Positions 11,924 to 24,015 are shown, numbered from the stretch's first letter. The stretch is 32,055 nucleotides of DNA from Octopus bimaculoides (GCF_001194135.2 NC_068982.1:42297241-42329295); one strand, 5' to 3'. Notes: generated from the sequence alone by a model not told the origin. Made by a program: numbers and translations.

Positions 11924-13514
11924 TTAAATACAAGAAAATAAAAGCTCATTGTATCTCTTCCTAGACAGGACATTGGAAAGTTCATACTCTGAATATTACA
12001 GAGAAAAGGGGAGGAAAATCCAAGTAGTTCATCGTTCTACCTCATCATAAATAGGTAAATATCTGGAAAATTCGTAACTCAACCTCATAAATAAGCGTAG
12101 GAGAATACAAGAAATTCCCTACAGCTGTTTCTGAGGTTCGGTAATCAGTAAGTGAGCATTGTTCAATGTATGTGCATGTTAATGAATGTATATGAAATAA
12201 TACAAATTTCAGTTATATTATCACTCAGCCCATCATCGAAAGGAACAGTTATATATAACGCATGAAACAACACTGATACCAAGCTGTATCGGTCTTGAAA
12301 CAGTTCACCTGCACAACAATGTTAGCGTGACGCTGGGAGACATGCATGCAGGTGGAAGACTGCCAGTCTGCCAAAATGGAAGCTTTGCCCAGGCCTGTAC
12401 GCAGATAAATGGTCAGTTTTGATCGATAGAGGCATTATATATCATCAATAGAGTTCTAATGAATAACATGTCTTTAATTCCTTTCGCAATGATTATTATC
12501 TTGTGGTACAGATCATTCAGTCTTTGTTATTTTTATTATGAACTGAAATTTAGAATAAATAACACTTGCAGCTTCTCACTGTACCTCCCACTGTATGCTC
12601 GGTGGTGAGCACTCTGTTCAAAAGCTTTAAACTTACACATCCGTAAGATTAACTGGACCCATGAAGTTTGAATTCTTCAACTTCACGAGATCCTAATTTT
12701 CTTTCTAACTTCACAAGTTTCTCAACTCTCCATAACTACGCAGAAAAAACTAAATAAACTTGTTTTCTATGTAAGCTTTTTAATCTTCAAAATGATTTTA
12801 TCTCGTTTATCAAGATCAACGTATAAGGCTTCAAAGACATCAATGATATGAAAACAACCCTCAGCAAAATTTTTAATTCCGAGGGGGAAAAATTATATTT
12901 TAACAGACAAAATTTTGGTCTATAAGCAGTTTTGGTACAGAACGAAGACTGCTTAAAGACGTCATAAATAGTTATGAAATCCAAATGCAAAAAAAAAAAC
13001 AAAAAACAAAAAAACATGTTGAAATGAAGCACATATTAAACTGCATAAAATTTGAGAATTAGTGATAATTATCTAATATCCTCATTTGCCGAAACTTAGA
13101 TTCATGAAAATATTCGTTATAATTAAAACTAAAATGTAAAGATTTTTATAAAGATAGCTAACAAGTTTTCGGGATCAAGTTGACCTTTCATTTATCGGTT
13201 ATGATATAAAATGAAAAGTTCTGTAACATCTAACAAACCATTAGTTTCTCACAGCAGGATTCATTATCATGTAGTAAGGATAGAGCAGGATATCTTGTTG
13301 GAAGCCATTCGTTTCCAAATTATTGACCACGGTTGGGGATCAGAGAAAGTAAAGTGGCAAGAAACCTACCACATATACCTAACTTAATCAGAGCTGACGT
13401 CTCTGTTAAATAATTTAAATCTATCTGGTATGTTCCTTTTACATAACAAAAGTTTTTACATGTTGTTATTATAGTAAAAGTAATAGCGCAGTTATGGCGC
13501 CTGGTTTGTTCCGA

Positions 13515-13625
13515 AACATTTCATGCTCACTTCAAATCCTGCCAAGCTCAACTTTGCCTTTCGTCGTTTCTTGATCGATGAAATAAAGTGCCACTCAAGT
13601 ACTGGACTTGTGCTTAAGCAAGAAA
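13515..13625 (+). mobile_element. SINE family 2, old degenerate fragment
   Basis: CTTCAAATCCTGCCAAGCTCAACTTTGCCTTTCGTCGTTTCTTGATCGATGAAATAAAGTGCCA aligns to the family 2 B-box and central motif. Confidence 0.65.
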
Positions 13626-13666
13626 TTGATACCATTCTATAATTTTAATATGTAGCGTGGTATTAA

Positions 13667-13879
13667 GGCAGCGAGCTGCCCGGATCGTTACTACGCTGGG
13701 CAAAATGCTTACAGCATTTCGTCCGTCTTGACATTCTGAGTTCAAATCCTGCCGAGGTCGACTTTGCCTTTCATCCTTTCGGAGCCGATAAAAAAAGTGC
13801 CTATTTCGCACTGTGGTCGATGTAGTCGACTTACCTTGTTCCATAAAATGCTGGCCTTATGCCTATATTTGAAACCAAT
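13667..13879 (+). mobile_element. SINE family 2, full length
   Basis: GGCAGCGAGCTG head, GAGTTCAAATCC B-box, GGTCGACTTTGCCTTTCATCCTTTCGGAGCCGATAAA centre and a GGCCTTATGCCTATATTTGAAAC end. Confidence 0.9.
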
Positions 13880-14621
13880 CTGCAACATGGTATCAACTCA
13901 CTGATCCTGCTATTTAGTTTCGATTCTGCCAAGATCAATAACGAACATGCGAAGATTATAATTGTCATAAATTCCGCTTTCGTATTTCTTTCCTACATAT
14001 CTAAGTCACTGTGTCTTTAGTGAAAAATGTTCACTAATATTTTTGTTATTTCTGTTGTAGATGATGTTGTTGTTGTTTTTGCTGCTGTTGCTGCTGTTAC
14101 TGATGATGGTGAGAATGTTATTTTAGTACTTCATGGTTATTTGAAGAATAAAAGGGTGGACTAGGGTTGACAAAAACCATAAATTCAACAGAGTATCCAA
14201 TTTCTCGCCGTCAAATATCGTTTGCTCCGTTGATATCATCATAGGACTGTTTATCTAGCCCAGTTTTATACTGTATAAGTCTTGGCGAGCAAGATATATG
14301 TCGGAATGTTAGAATTACGCAAAGACAGTCACAGAGTTCTGAGCCAGTTCGGCAGGAAACATTAAGAGGCTTCCGGAGTTAAAAAATACTAAAAACAACC
14401 GAAGTTAAAGCAAAAATAAACAAAATAAAAACAAAAAAGACGTATGTAAATCTGATTTTAAAATCTGACATCGCTAAAAAAAAAGAAAAATCTAAAAAAA
14501 AAAAAAACTGTCGATCATTGATAACGAGAGGAAGGAGAAATAGAAAGAAATACAGATGCAAAGGGGGAGAGGTTATGAAGAGATAGAAATATAGGGAGAC
14601 TTAAGGAGAGAAATGTAATAC

Positions 14622-14625
<4 letters not shown>

Positions 14626-14660
<35 letters not shown>
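14626..14660. repeat. (GA)n microsatellite
   Basis: Direct reading of the sequence. Confidence 0.95.
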
Positions 14661-14664
<4 letters not shown>

Positions 14665-15457
14665 AGATGGGAGATTTCAATCAATATAGCTGAGTGAGGA
14701 CGTTTCTATCACTGATATTTCAGTTATTGATAATATGTGCGCAGAGTAGGATTTACTGTTGATAATGTAAATAGAAATTAGAGGGTATATAGTATCTTTT
14801 AAACTTTGATTGTATGTATGAGGTTTCAATCCTTGACGAAGGGATTAGAACGTATTTTCAACTGCTGATAATGGGAAATTTAATCTTTGATGACATGAGT
14901 GAGATTACGTGAGAAAATAAATGTAGTTCTTGACACCGATTTGATATTAAACGACAAATGGAATGTAGTGAAATAAAATGCAAGACATAGTCGAGCGGGG
15001 TAAAACAATTTCTCCTTCTGAAAAACACTGACACACACACGTGCACACACACATACACATGTATATGTTTAGAAAACAACAAAACAAGTTTAATACTTGT
15101 GTAAAGTAATAAATTTTAATTTCCTATTCAATTTAAATTTCAGCATCAATACAGTACTGATAACATGTTACTAGAATGTTCCTCAAATAACACTGAAAGG
15201 GTATCTAAGCAAGAGGTTAAGCAACACAAAATTGCAATTAAGAAATTTGTAAAACACTTTTAGAGTATCAGTAAATTACAGCCGAAGTATCATTGAAAAC
15301 TGAAAAAAAATTATGGCTGACCTGTGAAGCTACGTTACACAAGTGCTATAAGTTAGAATTGAATCACCACTGAAGTACAGTGAAGTATTAATGAAACATT
15401 GAAAAATATCAGATGTTACTGCTATACTAATGAAAATTCAGTCAGTACTAAAATATT

Positions 15458-15662
15458 CTTTTCTACCCCAGGCACAAGGCCCGAAATTTTTGGGGAGGGG
15501 TCCAGTCGATTAGATCGGCCCCAGTACGCAACTGGTACTTAATTTATCGACTCCGAAAGGATGAAAGGCAAAGTCGACCTCGGCTGAATTTGAACGTAAA
15601 GACAGACGAAAAACTGCTAAGCATTTCGCCCGGCGTGCTAACGTTTCTGCCAACTCGCTGCC
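15458..15662 (-). mobile_element. SINE family 2, full length with 16-bp TSD
   Basis: Reverse complement of the family 2 pattern. TSD TCAGTACT(A/G)AAATATT at 15442-15457 and 15667-15682. Confidence 0.92.
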
Positions 15663-15789
15663 TTATTCAGTACTGAAATATTGATGAGGTGCCGCTAAAC
15701 CAGTTCCTTTTAAACTGGAGAGGGGTACCCCCCTGTAATCACTTTTAACTCACAAGGGGAAACAAATGTCAAGGGCTTGCAAAGTATTT

Positions 15790-15920
15790 AATGCTTAGCG
15801 GGATTTCTTTCGGCTCTTTACGTTGTAAGTTCAAAATCCGTCATGGTCGACTGAGCCTTTCATCCTTGGAGGTCGATGTAATCGACTTCCCCTACCTCTC
15901 AGAAACTACTGTCCCTGTGT
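15790..15920 (+). mobile_element. SINE family 2, partial with internal deletion
   Basis: AATGCTTAGCGGGATTTC...AAGTTCAAAATCCG...GGTCGACTGAGCCTTTCATCCTTGGAGGTCGATGTAATCGAC. Confidence 0.75.
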
Positions 15921-15924
15921 TAAA

Positions 15925-15981
<57 letters not shown>
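15925..15981. repeat. (TTA)n microsatellite (second array at about 16542-16596)
   Basis: Direct reading of the sequence. Confidence 0.95.
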
Positions 15982-16541
15982 GAATGAGAGAGCAGTGCAT
16001 GCTATCAAATCGACACAGGGGTAAAATATACGAAACCCAGTATACTCATCATGACTATCCGTCTGATAATGGTACACCAGGCACATGCATCACAACCATA
16101 TGTGCGTGACATAGTGATCTCATATCAAGATAAACAGCGCATGACCTTGCAAGTGGGGCTCAGTTAGAATTTTCTTCAGGCTGGGTAGACCATCCCGCTC
16201 AAAAGGTCCTTGAATGAGGATTGTCTAAGGATGATAAACAAAACACCCATGTTTGCAAAGGTGAATTATCCACCCCCCCCAAAAAAAAATTCCTCTCAAC
16301 ACATGGCTATTATGCTCCCCCACTACTTCTGCTCATGATCAGAGATGCACATATCGTCAGCCACTAAGGAACATGCTCAACTGGTTACGGTCAAACAACT
16401 GACAAGCAAATCTGTGGTACTGAGCAGAATATTTGCTGTAGCCCATCTTTTATATCAAGACAAAACAATGTATATGATAACACTTCCAGTTAGTTAAGAT
16501 CAGAAGCCATGAGAGCCACTGCCTGGTACTGCATCAAGGCA
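15982..16541. mobile_element. Unclassified ~560-bp element embedded in (TTA)n
   Basis: Complex, less AT-rich block with sharp junctions to (TTA)n on both sides. No recognisable protein motif. Confidence 0.4.
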
Positions 16542-16596
<55 letters not shown>

Positions 16597-16829
16597 TTTA
16601 TTTTCATTATCATCTTTCAATTCTATTTCCATTTCTTGCCGAGTGTCTTCCTGACACCTAGGGCAGAGAAGCGCACTGTATACATTGGTAGGCCATTAAA
16701 ATAAATACACCAGATTGTTCATTTACAAAGTCATCTGATAGAGAAAAACGGCGAAAAAAAAAGAAAGTAAAGGTAAAAATAAAAGATAAAAAAGTAAACA
16801 AAGAAAATAAAGGGGAAAAAGGAAAAAAC

Positions 16830-16965
16830 GCACACACACGTGCACACAAACACACGTGCACACACACACACACGTGCACACACGTGCACACACACACACG
16901 TGCACACACACGTGCACACACACACACGTGCACACACACATACACACGTATACACACACAGTTTA

Positions 16966-16998
<33 letters not shown>

Positions 16999-17069
16999 TG
17001 TATTACGAGGGGCTTCCGTACAGTTTCCGTCTAACAAATTCGCTGACAAGACATTGGTCAGTACTGGGC
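16830..17069 (-). mobile_element. SINE family 1 fragment (16999-17069) with expanded internal CA/CACGTG repeat
   Basis: ACGAGGGGCTTCCGTACAGTTTCCGTCTAACAAATTCGCTGACAAGACATTGGTC is the reverse complement of the family 1 segment preceding its internal microsatellite. Confidence 0.75.
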
Positions 17070-17252
17070 NNNNNNNNNNNNNNNNNNNNNNNNNNNNNNN
17101 NNNNNNNNNNNNNNNNNNNNNNNNNNNNNNNNNNNNNNNNNNNNNNNNNNNNNNNNNNNNNNNNNNNNNNNNNNNNNNNNNNNNNNNNNNNNNNNNNNNN
17201 NNNNNNNNNNNNNNNNNNNNNNNNNNNNNNNNNNNNNNNNNNNNNNNNNNNN

Positions 17253-17802
17253 GTGGTGGTGGTAGTGGTGGTGATGGTAGTATTGGTGGGGTTAACGGTG
17301 ATGGTAGTGCTGGTGGTGTTGGTGGTCGTAGCATTGATGGCGGTGCTGGTAGCGATGGTGGTGGTGGCGGTGGTGATGGTGGTGTTGGTGGTATGATGGC
17401 AGTGTTGGTGGTGGAGTTGGTAATTATATTGTTTGTAGCGTTGGTAATAGTGCTGACGGTGTGCTGTTGGTATTGGTATAGGCGGTAGCGCTGTTGGTGG
17501 TGGTATTGTTGGTAGTGTTAGTTGTGGTGTTGACGATATTGCCGTTTGTATAGTTGTTGTAAACAATAGTGGTGGTGGCGGTAGCATTAGTGGTGGTGGT
17601 GGTGGTGGCGGTTGTAGGTTTCATGTTGCTATTATTGTTATTGTAGTAGTAGCAATAGCAGTAGTAGTAGCAATAGCAGTAGTAGTAGTGGTGGTAGTGG
17701 TGGTCTTAGCTGTAGTGTTAATGCTGGTGTTATTGGTATGGTTGTTATTGTTGGTGGTGATGTTGGTTTAGTTAACTTTTGCATTTTAATTATTGTAAAA
17801 AT

Positions 17803-17866
<64 letters not shown>

Positions 17867-17940
17867 CGTTAGTTGTGGTGGTAATGATGCTGCTGGTGGC
17901 GGTGTTAATGGCGGTGATAGTGGTGTTGGTGACATTGGTT
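17253..17940. repeat. Degenerate (GGT)/(GTT)/(TAG) trinucleotide low-complexity tract
   Basis: Direct reading. It includes a pure (TAG)n array at about 17804-17865. Confidence 0.9.
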
Positions 17941-18189
17941 TGGCAGACACTATGGATGTATATGGAGTTATTTATTGTTGCTATCAACATCCGCTTTACT
18001 GATGTAGAAAGATAGGACGAAAAGGTTCTGCTGGCTGGAGATTGGAGAAGAAGTTCTTACAGAGAGAACACAAATAAACCAAGAGTTGACACCACGGAGC
18101 AGTTTGACATGTCGACACAAGCATCATTTGCCAACTCCTTCAACAATCCTGGACCATTCCGATAACCCTTCCAAACAAATAACGAAATA

Positions 18190-18267
18190 TGTATATGTGT
18201 GTTTGTATGCACGCATTTGTATTTGTATGTAAACGTGAATGTATGTGTATGTATGTGTGTGTATGTG

Positions 18268-18313
<46 letters not shown>

Positions 18314-18690
18314 GATATATATATTACATATACATGTACACACATATACATGTACACACATACACACCACGCATATATATAAACACACACATAATTGATG
18401 CTTATATTCTTTTGTAATTTATGAAAGAAAACAAGTATTTTGGCTCGACCAAATTCTTTGCCACGTTATTAATATAATTGTTTCTTTCCTCCCTTTCTTT
18501 TCCTTTCAGAGTATGTATATATAAACGTGCGTATGTATGTTTTTATGCATGTATTTATGTATGTATGTATGTATGTATGTATGTATGTATGTATGTATGT
18601 GTGTGTGCATGACTGTATCTGCGTGCGTGTATGTATATATATTATACATACATATATACACACAGACCACACACCCACAAACACACAGAT
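18190..18690. repeat. Mixed TA/TG/TATG microsatellite blocks
   Basis: Two blocks at about 18190-18390 and 18510-18690. Confidence 0.85.
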
Positions 18691-19050
18691 TAACACATAG
18701 GTGCAAAACGAGGTGGGGAAAATATACTCCTTGAATACCAAAGATGGAGTAAAATATTATTTTATTGAAGCCCCCCCCCCCCCAAAAAAATAATAAACTT
18801 CAGAAACTTGCTCAGAGTTTCATGTAGCCATGCATCAGGCAGTTGTGACAATTCAGACGAATAATAAGTTGTAAATTATGTTTTAAATTATACATAAAGG
18901 CACCAATTCAACGTTGAATTGGTCTCCATACAGTTCTATATACTCAAAATTAAATGCATGTAGTTATCTGATGAACGCTTGCGTGAAAGTCTGAGTAACA
19001 ATTTTTGAAGTATGTATGTATGCATGTACGTATACATATATGTATGTATA

Positions 19051-19247
19051 TCCATGTTCAGTTTTATTTCAAAATTTTTTGCCAATAGAAAACGAGCCGG
19101 TTTCTAACCTAGTTTCAAGGCACCTTCATTAGAATTTCAACATCAGCAATAGGGTAATTTTGTTTATATGTATGTATGCATATGTGCATATCTGTATGTT
19201 TTGCTTTATGTATGTATTCTCATACATATAATTGCATATATAGACCA
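19051..19247 (-). mobile_element. RLE-LINE family B, 3'-UTR-only copy inside (TATG)n
   Basis: Colinear with 29365-29550 (TTCAGTTTTATTTCAA...TTGCCAATAGA...GAGCCGGTTTCTAACCTAG...CAAGGC.CCTTCATT.GAATTTC.ACATCA). Confidence 0.85.
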
Positions 19248-19462
19248 TGTATGTATGTATGTATGTATGTATGTATGTATGTATTTATGTATGTATGTAT
19301 GCATGTATTTAATTATGCGTGTATGTATGTATGAATGTACTTACGTATGTATGTATATATTTACTGCTGTAACACTTCTTCCTCATCTTCCCTTTCATGC
19401 TTGGATGCTGAATGCCAGAGCCCTCATTTATTCCGACGTATTTGTAAGTTTGTTCCTGCTCG

Positions 19463-20234
19463 GCTGATAGGTGGGAACACAAATCTCTGCATGGTAAATA
19501 TGTGGCCCGTAACGAACAAACTGATGTAGACCAGAAGCACACCCATCAGTGGCTACAGAGTTTAGGGCTAAAGGCAGAGAGTGAAGGCTTTATCTTGGCT
19601 GCCCAAGTTCAGAGCTTATTGACTCGGAACTATCAAGCCAATGTGATGAAAAATGGCGTAGACCCAAAGTACAGATACTGCAACGATGGATTAGAAACAG
19701 TGGACCACCTAATCTCTGGATGTAAGGTTTTAGCACCTGTAGAATGCAAATCAAGACATGACAGATTTGGCCAATATCTACATTGGATAATGTGTCGGCG
19801 TTATAAAATCAAAACTGCTGATAAATGGTACAAGCACCACTCTGAAGCTGTAATTCGGGGAAAATATAACTATTCTTTAGGACTTTACAGTATGTACAGA
19901 CCGAACTATCAAAGCAAATAAACCAGATATTGTAGTGAAAGGCCTAAACAATCAAATCTGTTTATTAATTCATATGAACATACCTTGTGACCATAATATC
20001 TCGGCAAAGGAATTTGATAAGCTCAGAAAATATTAAGATTTGCTAATCGAAATCAAAAAGATGTGGAATCTAAAGACGGTTGCAATACCAGTGATTGTAG
20101 GAGCACTTGGAATGATCAAAAAAGGAACTGAAAATTATTTAAGAATGATCTCTGGTTTATCATCCATGCAGGAAGCGCAAAAGATTGTCTTAACTGGTAC
20201 GTCACACATAATGAGAAGAGCATTGTCGCTGTGA
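19463..20234 (+). mobile_element. R4/Dong-clade non-LTR retrotransposon fragment (zinc knuckle + restriction-like endonuclease), pseudogenised
   Basis: KSLHGKY, ESEGFILAAQVQSLLTRNY, a YRYC..ETVDHLISGC knuckle and SRHD. After a frameshift come TDRTIKANKPDIVV..IPCDHNISAKEFDKLRKY and PVIVGALG..QKIVLTGTSHIMRRALSL*. Confidence 0.92.
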
Positions 20235-20279
20235 ATTTTCGTTCCTCCCCCACCCCAACTAGGAATATTTTCCAGTTTT

Positions 20280-21240
20280 GTTTTAGACAACTGTTTCATC
20301 CTCTGGAATGAAAACACAGACAAACTCCAGAAATTCAAAAGACTATCGAACAGCGTCAACCCAAACATACAGTTCACAATGGAATACAACCAAAAAGAGC
20401 TCCCATTCTTGGATATATAAAAAAATAAACCTAAAAATAGAAAGAGACATATCTTACAAAACCACAGACGCCAAATAATATCTACTATTTAATTCATGCC
20501 ACAAAAACAAACATCCCCTTCAACCTTGCAAGAAGGATATGCACAATAGTGTCAGAAAAAATACCAAAGTTTACCAATGCTATATAAGGACCCCAAATTA
20601 AAGGAAATTTTACACACACATAAGCCACAAACAACCGAAATCACTAAAATAGATCCTTACAAAGCAAAATTATTTTCTAAAATAACAGACGCAAAAGTGA
20701 AAAAATGTTTTCGAACAAATTGCGCAACATGCCCAAACCTTCTAGAAGGATCAGAATTCCTTTCCAAACGGGGACAAAAATTCAATATCAAACCTGACTT
20801 TACTTGTGCCTCAGAAAACTTGATTTATGTTAGAAGATGCTTGGGCTGCCACCAAAACTATATAAGGTCCACGGGATTATCGCTCAGACGCAGATGCACT
20901 CTGCACCGACAGCAGATTGCATTTCCAGAATGCAGAATGATACCCTTTAGTGAACACATTGAGAAATGCGCAAAGCGACTGCTACCACAATTAACATTCT
21001 ATCCTTTCTAAACCAAATAATGTTATATTAATGAAACTTAGTCATTCCCAACATTTATGATTATCTCCCTTATACCGAAAAGATCCCAGAGTACCTTCTC
21101 CTGTCTGGAACTCTCATACTTCACATCATATCGAAGAGATGACACACTATCGGTAAAGAAATTTGAAAAGAAAATACGAAACCGGTTATTTCTCCCAAAA
21201 CAATGTTACTATAGACAAAATTTTATAAAATTTTTCTAAC
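20280..21240 (+). mobile_element. Penelope-like element fragment (RT C-terminus + GIY-YIG endonuclease), probably Neptune-type
   Basis: LDNCFILW..NPNIQFTME..ELPFLD, YLLFNSCH..PFNLARRICTIVS, a Cys linker CFRTNCATC and FTCASENLIYVRRCLGCHQNYIRSTG..RRRCTLHRQQI. Frameshifts and deletions are present. Confidence 0.9.
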
Positions 21241-21430
21241 ATAACGATTTAGATATATTCTTTAACCATATAACACAAGTCTTCTGTAGTTTTTTTCACT
21301 CTATTTTGTCTTTTAAACATTCAACCACGTGTTTTCAAATACCAAGACGTTGTAAGTAAGCCATTAATGTTTAAATAGAATGTTTAGGAGAAGAGAGAAA
21401 TCTTGGTATTGCAGGAGAATATTCTTTGAA

Positions 21431-21650
21431 TTGTTTCAGTCATTTGACTGCGGCCATGCTGGAGCACCACCTTTAGTCGAAGAAATCGACTACAGGACTT
21501 GTTCTTTGTAAGCCTAGTATTTATTCTATCGGTCTCTTTTGCCGAACTGGTAAGTTACGGAGAGGTCAACACTACAACATCGGTTGTCAAGCGATGGTGG
21601 GGGAACAAACACAGGCACAAATAACAAACACACATATGCATGCATACATA

Positions 21651-21682
<32 letters not shown>

Positions 21683-21684
21683 AA

Positions 21685-21767
<83 letters not shown>

Positions 21768-21929
21768 GATGGGCTTCTTTCAGTTTCCATCTACCAAATC
21801 CATTCACAAGACTTTGGTCGGCTCGAAGCTATAGTAGAAGACACTTGCTCAATGTGCCACACAGTGGGACTGAACCCGAAACCATGTGATTGGGAAGCAA
21901 GCTTCTTACCAAACAGCTACGCCTGCGCC
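21431..21929 (-). mobile_element. SINE family 1, full length with long internal (CA)n
   Basis: Reverse complement of 24732-25132. Head GGCGCAGGCGTAGCTGTTTGGTAAGAAGC ends at 21929. The internal microsatellite lies at about 21630-21765. Confidence 0.95.
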
Positions 21930-22698
21930 CCCCCCCCAATATATAAAAAGAAATTTCAGTTTTATGTGTAAGTCTTGAAATATAACGAATAATTTTCAAA
22001 TCGGTATATACAGTATAGTGCAAATTCGAAACAAAATCTGCTACAGCCGCTATGTACATGGTGGGAACGATGTTCAAAGCTTGAGTTTTTAGTTTTACAC
22101 GTATATCCGACTTCTTTGCAAGTTCTAATGTAGTTCGAAGAGTTTCTAGTAAATTTTTTCATGGCCCGTCAATAAATTACTGAATATAAAGAATAAAACT
22201 CACTCTTGGCAAAATTTTCGGTGAATACAATATGTATGTATCATCGTCTCGCTGTATCTGAGTACAACATACTAAGGCCTCAAAAAGTCAGTCAGTGTTG
22301 CGAAACAGTTGACACAGCTCACTTGTAGATCGGCAAAGGGTCTGTGTTATTGACATGCTGTTGGAAAGGTGTTTAAAACTGTTCAATTAAGCTCCCAAAA
22401 TCTTTATAAGATAATAGCAGCTTAATCGAGTTTGCGTCGAAAATCCTATGATATGCTTTATACATTTGGAAATGAAAATAAAGGTAGTAAATCTTAGGCA
22501 ATAGCTTAAACTAAAAAATGGATTAGATTTGGAAACATTTGAGAAGATTTCATATTGCATTTTATATGTAAAATACTTTTGCGAAGGGCCACAGTGTAAT
22601 GATAAAACTTCTAATGGATGTAGCCTTATCTGACGGTAATAAAGATATAGTTGATGGAGGGTGTGAGAGAAGGGATAAATAGAAAGAGAAATCGAAAA

Positions 22699-22700
<2 letters not shown>

Positions 22701-22735
<35 letters not shown>

Positions 22736-22770
22736 TGAGTGACTAGAGAGAGAGTGAAAGAGAGAGAGAG
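22701..22770. repeat. (TG)n-(GA)n microsatellite
   Basis: Direct reading of the sequence. Confidence 0.9.
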
Positions 22771-23023
22771 GGAGGACGGACTGATTCTGAACAAAGTGAG
22801 AATAAGACTAAAGTGCAGCTAGAAAGAAACTAAGATGCTTAGTCCAATGTCATCTCAGAATAAACTGTCTTATGTTCAATGATGTTTCAGCCCGGGCAAT
22901 CGCTTCATATCCCAGACAACAGGGTCAAACCTAGAATTTCTCTTTTAGAACGACAAGTTATGATTTGGTTGCAAATTTTACCCGGTCGAACAACTAAAAA
23001 GACGCCATCGCGTTCGCACGAGA

Positions 23024-23413
23024 AATGGTGGTTGGCACTCCGTCGGTTACGACGATGAGGGTTCCAGTTGATCCGATGAGCGGAACAGCCTGCTCGTGAA
23101 ATTAACGTGCAAGTGGCTGAGAACTCCACAGACACGTGTACCCTTAACGTAATTCTCAGTGAGATTCAGTGTGACACAGAATATGACAAGGCTGGCCCTT
23201 TGAAATACAGGTACAACAGAAACAGGAAGTAAGAGTGAGAGAAAATTGTGGCGATAGAGTACAGCGGGGTTCGCCACCATCCCCTGCCGGAACCTTGTAG
23301 AACTTTAGGTGTTTTCGCTCAATAAACACTCACAACGCCAGGTCTGGGAATCGAAACCGCGATCCTGCGACCGCGAGTCCGCTGCCCTAACCACTGGGCC
23401 ATTGCGCCTCCAC
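23024..23413 (-). mobile_element. SINE family 3a (tRNA-Arg-like head), full length
   Basis: Minus head GTGGAGGCGCAATGGCCCAGTGGTTAGGGCAGCGGACTCGCGGTCGCAGGATCGCGGTTTCGATTCCCAG has A and B boxes. The 3' body is shared with 26640-26935 and ends CGTCGTAACCGACGGAGTGCCAACCACCAT. Confidence 0.9.
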
Positions 23414-23974
23414 AGCACGAGAAATATAACGTATGCAAAATATTGGATTTAAATTTTGGCATAAGACAAGCAAAATAATAGAAAGGAAAAGAAACGAATA
23501 TTTGAAAGTGGAATGATCACGTTAGAGACAGTAAAACGTGTACAAATGAACATGTGCAGACTTTTGTAATTGGTAATTGAGTGTGTGAGTATCTATTTAT
23601 GTGTGCATGTGTGCACGTAGATGTTNNNNNNNNNNNNNNNNNNNNNNNNNNNNNNNNNNNNNNNNNNNNNNNNNNNNNNNNNNNNNNNNNNNNNNNNNNN
23701 NNNNNNNNNNNNNNNNNNNNNNNNNNNNNNNNNNNNNNNNNNNNNNNNNNNNNNNNNNNNNNNNNNNNNNNNNNNNNNNNNNNNNNNNNNNNNNNNNNNN
23801 NNNNNNNNNNNNNNNNNNNNNNNNNNNNNNNNNNNNNNNNNNNNNNNNNNNNNNNNNNNNNNNNNNNNNNNNNNNNNNNNNNNNNNNNNNNNNNNNNNNN
23901 NNNNNNNNNNNNNNNNNNNNNNNNNNNNNNNNNNNNNNNNNNNNNNNNNNNNNNNNNNNNNNNNNNNNNNNNNN

Positions 23975-24015
<41 letters not shown>

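Noticed and set aside
12620-12745. Minus-strand segment with good acceptor and GTAAGT donor (LWRVEKLVKLERK...)
   Set aside because: All frames from the strong acceptor contain a stop before the donor, and the alternative acceptor is weak.
17253-17790. Gly/Val- or Thr-rich ORFs suggesting mucin or structural protein
   Set aside because: Degenerate trinucleotide repeat adjoining pure (TAG)n, with no splice or start context.
21100-21430. Search for a hammerhead in the Penelope-like 3' region (GAAGAGATGAC...CGAAACC)
   Set aside because: There is no CTGANGA core or stem II, and the region is interrupted by a SINE.
23340-23413. tRNA-like sequences (also at 24732, 26640, 31910)
   Set aside because: They are SINE heads continuing into SINE bodies and lack a complete cloverleaf, so they were not called as tRNA genes.
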